Source: Macrostomum hystrix (taxonomy: Eukaryota; Animalia; Platyhelminthes). From it: DNA of 64,000 nucleotides. The position numbers and the translations under genes were made by a program. Within the stretch, counting starts at the first letter, position 1, and each line of letters begins with the position of its first letter. The DNA is taken from NCBI GenBank assembly GCA_950097015.1, contig CATNEN010000001.1, positions 8,494,001-8,558,000 of the forward strand. Direction: 5' to 3'. Below the pieces are notes generated by a model. It was not told the DNA's origin. It ran no database searches and saw only the letters and a list, made by a program, of their open reading frames with translations. This document shows, in pieces, positions 21,297-33,884 of this stretch.

Positions 21297-24276
21297 GCAT
21301 GCTTTCCAGGTGGAGGCTGTAGCTGAAGGTAATAATGTGGTATAAAAGTTTATTGGATTCTTTGCTTCATATCATATTCATTCAATTAATTTTTTACTAG
21401 ATTAATTTAAACACACTTGAAAAAAACTATTATATGTACTAGCTTTCTCAAAAAATACATATGACCAAGTGTTCACAATTTACTATGCTATGATAATCAG
21501 TAACAATAAATGCACATAAGTGTTGCTATCAGCCCTACATACAAGTAACTAATGAGAATTGCTAGGTAATTCTCAATGTCATCATTGTGCACTAATTAGC
21601 TAATTATATTTCAACATTTATAAAGCTGTGTCTATGGGATCATATCTAGGAAAAAGACTGTTTTATAAACCAGACTATATGAATAATAATATAAAGTTAT
21701 ATAAATTTTCTATAACTTTCTCCCTTAAAATATCTTCTGGAACACAAATTAAAGAAAATTTTCATGTCATTGATTTCAGGATAAATCAAATGCTAAAGAT
21801 TTTAGATAAACATTTTTAAACTCAGGCTGACTTTAAAGGCTTTTGGGGGAGTTAAAAACTTTTTATGTTACCATTTATCAACTTGGATACACAAACACTT
21901 GAACATTTTATAAAAAATCCTTCTCTTCTAAATCATAAAAAAACTTTTGATAATTTTATTTCCTTTGCTACAAGTACAAAAAATCAAATAAGTTTTTTAG
22001 TATAGTAATAAGCTGCTTATTACTCAAAAGGGTCAGTTATCAGTCATAACTAAGAACAACTTCCCTAACCTTTAGGCCCTAGAAGCTAGGAAAAGGTAAA
22101 TTAAAATAGTTAAAAAGCTAATAGCATTAAATCAGTTAGGGAGAAGAGTGAACAGGAAAATAGAAAATTATTTGTATTTGAACTAATTTATAGTCATAGT
22201 GTCTCTATCATAACTATATTAATTAATCAATAAAGATTATTATTACGCAAAAAACAATAGCTAACCAATGTGAATCAGAGCACTTTGCTAGGCCAAGCCA
22301 GGGGCATGGTGGATAGGCTTGTGCCATAAGCAAAAGGAAAATTAAATGTCAGTTTTGGGATTAAAAACTAAATTTTCCTTTAATTATTTTTAAGTCACTA
22401 ATTTTTTCTATTGTGAGCCAAAATAATTATCAAAAGCCGAAATTATAAAAAGTTTTGCCATATGATATGACCTTTAATTCTTATAATAAAGTGAGTAGCT
22501 TTCCACTGAATCCTGATAATGATTTATTGATAATACAATACAATGTCTACAGTCAGTGAATATTTTGTTTTTAGAAAATAAGATAAATGTGTTCTTTAAC
22601 TAGCCATGCTAGGCAACACTTAGATATTACAGTGTTGAAATTAAATGGTCATATAATGTTAAATGAAATGTATTTTTAGTAGCTCAGACTAGCTAAGGCT
22701 TAGTCTAATAAATAATGCATAGATAATAGTATGCAGTATACTTAAACTGTTATATTTAATATTAGCTATAAATAGACGTAGACTGATGGATTTCACCATT
22801 AAACTACTGTCTTCAGAATATGTAATAAATTATATTTCAACAATGGTCTGACAAGACAAAGACACGATAATTAAATAATAGTTGCTAAGTAAACATTTGA
22901 ATAAGTCTTTCGGAGGTGGTTTAGTCATCAGAGCTATTGTGGTGATTGTATTTACAGGAAACATGCTTGACAGAATACATCAATAGGGGCTAGAAAGAAG
23001 TATTTTTTAGCTTTAAAGTAGCTTATTAGTGCAAAAAATAATGGCGTTTGTTATAGCTTACTGACTCCGGCTTTACCACTTTAATCTGCCAAGTGTACCC
23101 ATTGCGATTATCTCGACGCATTGAAGAATTCAGATTTCGCATTATTTGTTTACCACTCAAAGTTCCGTTTCTACGATGGATAAGCAGTTGAAAAAATGAG
23201 ATGATAAGAGTAGGATATTTAGGATATTAGTAAAAGAATGCAAAAGCTATGTATTTCGCCTCCACGAAAGAACAGCAGAACGACATAACGACTCAACCAT
23301 ATTTATTTATGTATTATAAAGTGAGTCAGGAATTTTAATCAGGCCGCTTTATGAGCCGATAGAAATTTGTCTAGACTGGTGTAACGAGATAAAGTTCTTG
23401 TTTGAAGGACTATTTGATTTAGTAGTTTATCTATTTTTTAAGTAAATCTTATGCTACGCAAATAAACAAAACAATAACATTTCGAAACATTTTACTTTTA
23501 CTAAGTTTAACATCCGAAATAATTTGACAATAGGATTTTAACTAAATCCAGAAAAGCGCAATCGCTTTTTATTAGTCTTCATTTATAAATTAAGCTGTAC
23601 TTAAAAATAAGTGATTAAATTTTAGAAAACTTTGTGGCGATCTAAAGAATGCTACAAATATACATTTTAATTTTTATTCTAAACACCAATTGCCTAGAAA
23701 AATATATACAATTTATAACTTGCTTACATATAGTATAGTGTCCAGATTATAGAAATACGATGCATCTAGATGCTAGAATAACATTTATACGCATAAATAA
23801 GCAATTAGATGAAAAGTAAATAAAAACAGCCATCACCAGTTCTTACCAAGAGACAATGCAAGCAACTACAGATAATGATAACTGCACCCTTTCTTTAGCG
23901 ACCTTGATAGAACCCTAATGCGCACAGTATAATTAGATTAAAGTAAAATCAGCCGAATTATCAAGAAATCTTTTTTAAAAGCAAAGACAAAACAGTGCCC
24001 ATGTATATATAACGTTTCATAGACACGCAAGAAAACAATCAGGAAACAAACTCAAATGGATCCTCAATCAATGGTAGATGTGCACCAGTGAGTACTGGCA
24101 GTGAGATTTAACAAACAAAATCCACAAATCTAGAATTTAGAAATAAGATGGCAGAGGAAACTGACAGAAAGAGAAGTAAAAAATAGTTCAAATGAAACAA
24201 ATCAACAATAGGAGCAGAAATTTAGGATTCGTAGCAGTAGGTAAACTGTTCTGTTTTCAAGCAAACATCACATGTT

Positions 24277-25567
24277 TTAAGAGGCCTTGGGCAGAATTGG
24301 GGCAGCCCCGATGGCTGAGGCGACAGATTTGCCAGCGGCGACCGCAGGATTATTACGACCATCGGCTCCCAGCTGAGCAATGGGCTGCGGCAGGCCAATC
24401 TTCTGTTCCAGGACTTCGTTTAGGTCTGCGGACAAAATATTGTGAGCTTCTTTTAGGAGCGAGATGGACTGGAGAACTGACAGGATAGAAAAGAGAACTG
24501 ACAGGATGGACTGTAAAGAACTGACAGGATGGACTGTAAAGAACTGACAGGATGGACTGTAAAGAACTGACAGGATGGACTGTAAAGAACTGACAGGATG
24601 GACTGTAAAGAACTGACAGGATGGACTGTAAAGAACTGACAGGATGGACTGTAAGGAACTGACAGGATGGACTGTAAAGAACTGACAGGATGGACTGTAA
24701 AGAACTGACAGGATGGACTGTAAGGAACTGACAAGATAAAACTGAAATAACAGCAATAACAAAGTTAAGCTTACCAGACACAATCTTGTGATAAGCGAAG
24801 TGCAGGTAAAGCAGGAACAGCATGTGCAGAATGGCAACTAGAGCGCACAGCACAATCCGTTCAGTGTGGCCAGGAGTTCGAATCACAAAAGTGCTCACTA
24901 GTTTCAGAGTTGTCAGGCCGCCAAGCACAGCCCACAGTAGATAGAATAGTTTGTGCGAATGAGTGGAATGGAATAGGGTTGTCAGCAGGACAACAGCCAC
25001 GTGACTGGTCAAAGCGTAGCCAATCAGAGTGGCCACCTGCATTGGCTTGACCTGGGCATTGCAAATGTAGGCAACTAGCCAGACTAAGGCTGAGACGCCA
25101 AGCCAATAGCCAAACACTGTCACCATAGCAGAGCCCATGAGTGTGCCCTCCTGGACTCGATGATCGGACGATTTCATCTCGTACAATAGTACAGCAACTA
25201 GGGTGAAGCAAGTCATCACTGGGCCGTATAATTCCGAATGAATCTTATTGGCGTCATTGGCAACCCTAGCCGGTACAAATGAGAATAATAAACGATTGGC
25301 CACTTCCATTGGTTGGACGTCGAAGTAAGGACGCAATAGGTCAACATTGGCATAGGAGGAGAAGGCTGTCTTGGCCTTGCGTGTACCCTCCTGCCACACA
25401 ATGGATGACATATTGTCTCTGATGGCTTTGTAAAGATCTGGGCTTTCCTGTTGCTGCTGCTGCTGCTGCTTTGGCTGCTGGCCACGACCGACATCTGACT
25501 CTGTTGTCATTTCAATGTCGTCCATATCGATCACAGCTGAGTCGTGCGCTCCAGTTGATGGTTTCAT
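24277..25567 (-). CDS. YIPF3: Yip1-domain family member 3 (Golgi membrane protein)
   Basis: SAVIDM, AFSSYANVDLLRPYFDVQP, ELYGP, EGTLMG, LHMLFLLYLHFAYHK motifs. Exons 25567-24775 and 24425-24277; the phase-1 join gives HKIVSDLNEVLEQ. Confidence 0.93.
24476..24735. repeat. 23-bp minisatellite (ACTGACAGGATGGACTGTAAAGA) in the YIPF3 intron
   Basis: About 11 visible copies. Confidence 0.94.
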
Positions 25568-26753
25568 TGTTAGCTGGGTGTTGGTTTTTTGTTTATATTG
25601 GCGACGAGTTTTAAACGTTAACGAGCTGCTTCAGATTCTGAAAAAAGTACAGACCGCCCTGAGATCTTCACAATAAGGAAATATAATAATGATTCCAGCC
25701 ACAGACCAGTTTTGCCAGTCATTTTTCGTATCAAATTTATCTGTCTACGACAAAAAACTGTCAAATCAAAGCGAATTCAAAGTTCAACGATTAGCAAATT
25801 GTATAGCAAAAATCGATTACTTAATTTATTGACAATTTTTGTTTAAATAGACAATTTAATTACAAGAGAAATCTAGTAGACACCTTGAATGCAAGACACA
25901 AATATTAAATTTGCAGACGCAAAGAGAAAAACTACAACTACTACTGTTCAGTAGGATAGTAGAATCATCTATTAGGATAGCAGCATAGAATTTTTAAGCA
26001 AAAAATGAAGACTCTACTATGTCAGTTTAATACTAATTAGTAGTATAAACCAGTTTACTTTTTACATACGTTTATTATGCCAGTTAAAATGTCAATATAG
26101 TTAAGAGACAAAACAGTTAATTTAATAGAAGCAAAACGTAGGAAAAAAAATTTTTGTTTTGTTTTTTTTCTTACTTATAAACATGGTACACAATCATTTG
26201 CTGTTACATTTTTTATCAAAATTAAAGTACACTAAAGTAGTGTATTAAAGTAAAGGCTAGAATTTTCCGCTCTATCTGATTAAACAACTTCCTTAACTAA
26301 AATTTCATCATTTAATCATGCAGGCTATTATTGGTGATTACATTTTGTTGATTATAACATTATTGAACCAATGTGGCTTTGCCAAAGAGGTTTATACGCA
26401 GCAAGGTTAGAACTTGTCCTTTTCACCAGGGTCTTTGACAAGAATCGCAGAAATACCTCGCCGATGTTGACGTCTGACTGCTTTGAAAGTTAGTTCATCG
26501 TAAAAAGCGGAAAAGTTTGATCCATATGGTGGACTTTCACGAAAGCCGATCATTCGGTTTGGGAGCTATGGTGAATTAGGCAGTGGGTATTTGAATTATC
26601 CCCTTGGTCTTTTCCCATGGGGGAATCTTTCTACTGTTATGAAAGATGAGTCAAACGTATTTTAATCTGTTAACTTTGAGGCATTGCAGAAAAATTGGCA
26701 GTTCGATTACGCAAACTTAATTTTCAGAAAATCACTGGCTAAAGAAATTCAGA

Positions 26754-27407
26754 TCAGCCAGACCGCATCGTCTGTTCCATCATGGCCAACAATCTGGCAG
26801 TTTCATGTTTCAATAAGCGCAGCCTCTGCTCGCTGGCCTCAAATTCCACCAGCTCAACTGGAGGGGCAGTTTTGTCAGGCTCAACTAACCCGGAAGCAAC
26901 GCCCAGTTTTAGGCGAACCTGAGCAGTCGATCGCTGACCAGTCTGCTGCGGCAGCATCAATCGCAAACTCCAAGCTAAAGAAGCCAGTCGAGATAATCTC
27001 AACTCTTTGGCATTGGCGTACTCAACTAGAGCAGTACCAGCATCTGTATAGACCCGGACAATCTGTCCCGCGTGCTCCTTTGGCAGGCCCAATTGTTGCA
27101 GCTCATCGCCTAGTGTTTCTGGGCTAGCTGAATATTTACTAGCCGATGTAAATAGATGCGTCAGGGCCGATATTAATGCCTGGTTATCGCGTTCGGTGAA
27201 TTTAGCATCAGCTGTGTGCTTAGCAACCGCTGCTAATAGAGCGGCGTCGCTGTCTGGACTGTTGCTAGGCGCGGTGGAACTAGGCAAAGCTTTGACTAGA
27301 GCTGAACAGACCAGGCGCAGTTTAACAACTGACAGTTTTGACATGGCAAACACTTCAGCTAGTAACCAGTCTGGACAGTCCAGATCGCCGAAGATGCGAA
27401 ACTTCAT
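26754..27407 (-). CDS. COMMD4: COMM domain-containing protein 4 (no intron in CDS)
   Basis: Diagnostic N-terminus MKFRIFGDLDCPDWLLAEV...SVVKLR, ELQQLGLPKEH, and C-terminal COMM domain (LRLSRLASLAW). Confidence 0.93.
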   Translation of the reverse strand: MKFRIFGDLDCPDWLLAEVFAMSKLSVVKLRLVCSALVKALPSSTAPSNSPDSDAALLAAVAKHTADAKFTERDNQALISALTHLFTSASKYSASPETLGDELQQLGLPKEHAGQIVRVYTDAGTALVEYANAKELRLSRLASLAWSLRLMLPQQTGQRSTAQVRLKLGVASGLVEPDKTAPPVELVEFEASEQRLRLLKHETARLLAMMEQTMRSG

Positions 27408-30400
27408 GTCTAGGACAGTGTGATGTTAGCTAGCTGCAAGTTGGCAATAAAATGCTTAGATTTTTAGCAAGTTTATACCTATTATAAGAACTACTGCTTG
27501 TAGAGTTAGTGAAATGAATAGTTCATTCTACTTAGTACACAAAACAAAAACAGTATTTAGAATCATCTAGGCTTTGTAATGTTTACACAGATATAGTGTT
27601 ATCAAGTACTTAATCATAGCGACCTAGACTAGGTCCAATATATGACTTAGTATTACTAGTTACAGCTCTAGAGTAATGTCAAATTGCCATTCATTTAAAT
27701 GCACTGTAGGCCTATGAGAAAATTACTTGAGCAATTTTTTTTGTTATAATTAGTATAAAAGGAATGTATTTTTTACATTTAAAAGCCAAGTCTTACTAAA
27801 TATTATTATACATTATGGATAAAAATAAAATAAAATAATGAAATATCTCTAGTAGCAACCATATGGGCAACAGTTTTGAACTTTCTGTTTTTTCTCTGTA
27901 TGGGTAACCCTTTAGTATTATTTCTAATTCATCTAATCACAAGTTATCTGCCTGTTTTAACAAAAATATAAACAGCAATGAACATGAATTCAATCATAAA
28001 CACATGAGCCAACTGTAAGGCAAGGTACAGTGTTACTGGTTTATATATTGAAAAGCAGATGTCTGTTCAAAAGCTAGCCTAGTTTAAAAAAAATTTGGTA
28101 CTCTCTTTGTCTAAATCAGTTCAGTTTGAGTAAGTTTGGCTATGGCAAAATTCTGTACAATTTTGGCTTTATTTGGATTCATCCAAGTTATTTACTACCC
28201 ATGCAAATTTCACTTATACTATAAATGTTTTAATGCTGTTTGTTTTAAAGCTTAATTGCCTCTAATAAGTTAAATATTTAATAGCAGTAAATATTTAGAT
28301 AGCTTTACTAGCCTTCAAAATTTGATGTTCAAGGTAGTAAATTCTTTAAAAAAAATAATATATAGAAAGCCTAAATACCTTACTTTTAACTAAATACTTA
28401 TTTAATACTTTTATCTATTGCACTTGAAATTGGACATGAAAATGAAAACTTTATTTTACTGATAAAATAAAAAATCGTTGCAAAACTATACAAATTGTAT
28501 ATGAATGTTGCATAGGCCCTAGCTACTTGCCACTATTTTTAGACCAAAAAACATTAAAACTAGACCAGCTAATGTTTTTAATGTCTAGAAGTTAATATCA
28601 GGTTAATGTTTAGAGTTATAGTTAAACAAGAGCTAGCTAGGCTACATAGTCTAGTCTCTAAATCATGTTAGGTGCATTCTAGAAATTAATGTGAAGCTAC
28701 AATGCCCTATAACAATGAATGAAGGCGCCACAGGATGACCCCCATGCCCAGGCTGCAGCAGCTTGAAAATATGTGACCCTTGATTTCTATTTGATTCCTT
28801 CATGTCAAGTATCAATCCCTTTTCATATATTCAAATGACTAGGGCCCACTACAAGTGGAGTAAGAAAACAACATTTTTACTTTATTAGGGCCTACTATTA
28901 GTCACTAGTGCTACAACTACATTAGTCAAAAGTAAAGCACACACTCCATGTACGCTAAATCGGGCAGGCGACACCATTGTGCGCCCAAATTTTTTAGCAT
29001 ATATGAAATGTTTACAAGAAGTATACAAGAACATAATCAAGATAACCAATAAGAATTTAAAATTATTAAGATAGGTAAAATAAACAGAACGAAATGTAAA
29101 TATCGAATTAAACTGACTTCAAGACCAATTCGATGAGCCGGTATCCCTCCCACAAAACATATTCTGAAGTATATAACTAATTAAATATTTAAAAAAAATT
29201 TGACAGCTATGTTAAATTATGATCCAGAATCGAACAACATTAAAAAACACGACGAGTATATATAACTATTCGGACTTAGAATGTATTGTTTTTTCTTAAA
29301 CAGTAAGAATAACTAATTTACAGCTTTATTGCTGCTGCTGGTGATGATTTATAGCAATATGGCGCGTCGGCAATAAATTTTGTTTTAATATCAAACATAA
29401 AATATTTATACTTGACGGTCACTTGACGAAAACATAAAACTTTGTACTTTTATGGTTGTCCTTCTACTTTTCCAGGAATCTAGGCACACCAAAACCGTTC
29501 CGAGTGTAGACTTTAAAGCGAAAATTTATAAGGACTAAAAGCTATGCTGCACAATTTGCCCCGTGAAATGCTGTAAAAAAACTGATGTAAATAGCGTCTT
29601 TATAGTTAGTAAGAATGTTTAAGAACAAGACTTTAGAACTAGCCATTAAGCAAGTAATCCTATTTTCTTGTGACTTCCCCATCCCATCCCCAGTGACCTT
29701 AAGATGTCAGTTTTTCCTTTTAAGTCATTAGTAAGGCGTACTTTTCCAGTCGAATTTCACCCCTCTCCCTCCCTAAATTTTTGGTAATTTATGGTTTCCT
29801 AAACTTGTCAATCGTGTACCCTTCTCCCTTTTTCTTCCATTGCACGTTAGCAATAAATCATACTAATATTTTTTGCATATTAACCAAAATTCTCTTGTTC
29901 TCCCCACCATAAACGATAATACACGAACATTGCCTCTCCCCTCCTCCTTTCCTTTTTTCGTCCGAACCAATCGCCGTACGGCAATCCAAACCACGTGATT
30001 CGGCTGTCTGCTAAGCAGGTCAAGGTCGGGCGAATCATGCGACCACGGTGTGTGCGCATGACCATGGCTCTGTAAAAAGGAAGCGGCGCGCGGTGCTCTT
30101 TTTATAAAAATTCGATCCCGGATGACCTCTCGTCATCTCTTCGTGGATTTTCTTGAGCCTTCTGGGAACCTTGGTATACCTTTGAACACCTTTGGGAAAC
30201 CTTGTGAGACCTGTTGTGCTTCAGTTAAAATTCGTCTGTTCGTGAGAGCTGCGCATGACATGTTCTCTCTGTCTGAGTCGGCATTCCATGATGGCTTCCC
30301 ATGAATCCACGATGGCTTGACTACAATTGTAGTCATCCTATACTAGAATAAATTCAGAAAAAATCCACAAAAATGCGAAATAAAGTCTGAAACTTGAAGC

Positions 30401-30951
30401 CACCCTTTTTAATTTGACAGGTACGTTAAATTTAAATGCAAGAAAAAAATCATTTATTTCATTACATTCCTAATTTTAAAAATTACCGTCAATCAATTCA
30501 ATCTCGCAGAAAAAATTATCGTCAAAAGCTTAACAATGTAATATACTCCCATAAAAGTCTTAAGTAATAAGCGGAATATTTACAGCATAAATTCATACTT
30601 TTAGTATTATTGGTGAATTTTAGGTATTAATACTAAATATACTACTTCCAGAGTAATAACCAAAGTATTATACTGTTACTATACAACTATAATAGAATTA
30701 TAAAAAACGACATGATTATTTTTTTTCCGACGAGAATGTAATTTCCCAATTATTTAGGAAAATAAAAATCTATATAACATATCCTTCGATACATCGCGGC
30801 TAATGTACGTTATTCAGAAAGACAACTGATAGAGAAACTATATTTTCGCGTAGTATTTTCATTAATGAGTAGAATAAATTTGATCTAAATTCTGCCCCGA
30901 CTTTTTTATTTATTTTATTTAACATTTAAAGTTAATGTTTGTTGTTTTCGT

Positions 30952-31440
30952 TTATCCCCAAGCCTGGGATTTGGAATAGTGCAGCACCAGTTTACCATCA
31001 GTGCCAAAGCAGTCGTACAGGCCGCCAAAGTCCCGATCGGGCGCCGGCACAAACGCCTGATTTACGTAAAGAAACAAAGACTCATCCGGCTGGCAACGGA
31101 GAGCCTTCTTAACGAATTCGCTAACCCAGCCAACTCGCTGGGACCGATTTACGACCCATTTTTTCTTATTCATTATTGGAGCATTGCCAGTGGGCCGCAG
31201 AAGGATTGTGATCTTGTCTGTTGCCTGAGCTGCTGCCGATGCTACAGCTGCGGAATGAGCAGTAGTGGCAGTGGCATCAGCACCAGCTGGTTCAGTCGGT
31301 GCAGCAGTTGTTTCCGGCTTTGCTTCAGTTACAGAATCAGGTTTGGTTGCAGCATCATCTGGACGCTCTTCATCAGTCTGCTGCTGTAGCTGTTCCGCTT
31401 CCTGCAGCGAACCCACTCGATTTTCTTCTTGATCGGACGA
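30952..31440 (-). CDS. ATG12: Ubiquitin-like autophagy protein ATG12 (start codon not in this exon)
   Basis: KITILLRPTGNAPIMNKKKW...SLFLYVNQAFVPAPD...LYDCFGTDGKLVLHYSKSQAWG-stop. Acceptor tttcag at 31442-31441 opens the exon in phase 0. Confidence 0.95.
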   Translation of the reverse strand, partial: SSDQEENRVGSLQEAEQLQQQTDEERPDDAATKPDSVTEAKPETTAAPTEPAGADATATTAHSAAVASAAAQATDKITILLRPTGNAPIMNKKKWVVNRSQRVGWVSEFVKKALRCQPDESLFLYVNQAFVPAPDRDFGGLYDCFGTDGKLVLHYSKSQAWG

Positions 31441-33884
31441 CTGAAATAATTTGAGTGCATCAGTATATCGTTTTCATTCTACATTTTCTATTTGATGCGA
31501 GATTGTAAGCAAATTGGAAAGCTTTAACTTCAGATTCTTAAAGTCGAAGCGTGATAAATAAAAGGGATTGCTTTTGCTAGTCTATTTGATAAATGAAGAT
31601 AATAACTTTTCTAATATTTCATATAGTTTCAAATCTGTAGATGAAAAACGAATTCAAAGAAGCAGTTATAAAATTAACGGTGGAAAACAACTAACGTGTA
31701 AAAAGAAAGGGGGTAGTTCTTGTCTAATATACTACTTTTCTTATTGCCCTAAAATAATTTTGTGAATTAAGTTTTTAAATTTTTAATAAATATGATAAAT
31801 ACTTTCAGATCTGTTGAACAATTTACAAATTCAAAGATACAAACTCAATAAATTTATGATGGCAAACCACCTTAGTGTTAAGCGAAGCGTCAGGTGCACA
31901 CCTTGAAACAAAATGTATTTTTGGTTCATTGTTTCGTATCAGGTTCAAAAGATAGGAGCGTATTGCCAGTACAAATCAGCAGTTACTTGTGTACAGATTC
32001 TTCAAAACAAGTAACTATGTTATTACACATTCGCACAGCTTGCAACGTAAAGTCCATTGTGCGCCGCTACCGCTAAACAATTGTGAAACGATCGATTTGC
32101 CAAAATGGGACGATACAGAAAGTTAAAAAACGAATATTAAAGAACAGAAAATTGCTTGAACCACTTGGTGTTATAATAGCTACAAAAACTGTAATCGTTG
32201 CATAGGCTGATAGTAACAAAAAGCAAAAACTAAGAAATAAACAGATAAGTACTTAGTGATTTTATTTTTATAGGAACATTGATTAAGGGAAAATGTGAGA
32301 CACAACACCTAAAATTTTAAAAAGTATTCGAAGCCTGAAGATCACAATGAATGAAGAACATAAACACTAATTAGCTTGTTACTTAAATAAATACAAGCTT
32401 TTCGATATTCTATGTGAAAAAATTGCGAATAAAAGGTTTTACTGGGAGATATTAATAATGAAATAAACTGATCTAACTGATACAGTGAAGCAGAATTTAA
32501 GTTTATAAAACTTTTAAACAATGTACAACATCTAAAGAAGTAAAATAAACGAATGCTAGTCAGCTTGCAGTTTCCATTTCTATTACTACGTCACCAGTTA
32601 CAGTCTATTAAAACAAAAGTAAACTGGTAATTTGCGCTTTCAAAATAGAACAATAAATATAATTTTCGTGGAATTCATTTTATGGCGAGGTGACTTTATT
32701 CACGTAGATACGAGAGATTATTAAACAAAAAGAAATGTGGTGCAAGAAAAAGCACACTTAAACAAATCAAAGCTGTTTTATTTATCATTAGATTTTGTCA
32801 GAAGTATTTTGCAACCACGCCACTGAATATCAAATGTTTGTAAGTAAGCCTAATGTTTGCAGCTATTTTTAACTACAAATTTGTACATAAAGGACAAAAA
32901 CGAAAACTAAAATGTCAATAAAATATGAAAAAATCTAAAGTAAAACTTTTAATTCTAATTTTCGATTGCTTGAATTTATTATATTTAATGGAAATTAAGG
33001 AAACTACAATTAATTTCTTTCTTTTTATTTTAAAGAAATAAACTTAACGAATGGGCGTGGTAGCAAAACGAAAGATGTAACTAAAACAAAAAAGCGTTGA
33101 AAATAGCGGACAAAGCTGCATTGAAGTTTAATAAACTGCTGACAAGAACTATTAAAAAGCAGCTGCAGTTATATTATACTAAAAAACAGAAAGTGATTTT
33201 ATAGGGTTGGAAAACGAAAACCGTCATGCAAACTCCAAAATCACCTCTGCTGTGGTCACGGTTGACAAAAATATATATATAGAGCGGTAAATATTGTACA
33301 CATTCTAAGCGAGGAATTAAAAAAACTTTTTTAGCTAATGACATGGTCAATGACGAAACATTTAACTTTAACTGCCGTAAAAACAGAACAATTAAAATAA
33401 GATAATTAGCTTGTAAGCAACTACAAAACATAGACAATTTCAATATGCAAATTCAAACAAAATAAAAAACAAATAAACAAAGTGAACTGATTTTGTTTTA
33501 ATCGTCGGATAATCACGATATCAAAACTGTTTTGAATCTGTCGATAGAAAAGTCGATAAAAACCGTTGTAACACAGGATTTCTAATCACTAATTGATAAA
33601 TATATCACAATTAAAATTAGGATATTAGTTAGTTCAATTTTTTCTAATCGAGCTCGAGGTAAGGTTCAATGTTATAATAAAAATATACATATTTTTGTTA
33701 GAAATAACCAAATAACCAAATACTTGTGAGTTTCGTTAGAAAAAAGCGTTGTTAACAACGAACAAGAAAAAATTCGTTGTTAAAATCGATGAATCAATAT
33801 TAAATTTGTTATACCTTCGTTTCGAAAGTTATTTTGTTAATAAATTATTATTGTTTCGTTACCATGGATACCCATTGACGCCTT

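Noticed and set aside
24353-24774. ORF-track C-terminal extensions of YIPF3 (and of LBR at 61516-62135)
   Set aside because: Read-through into minisatellite-filled introns; spliced models restore the conserved C-termini.
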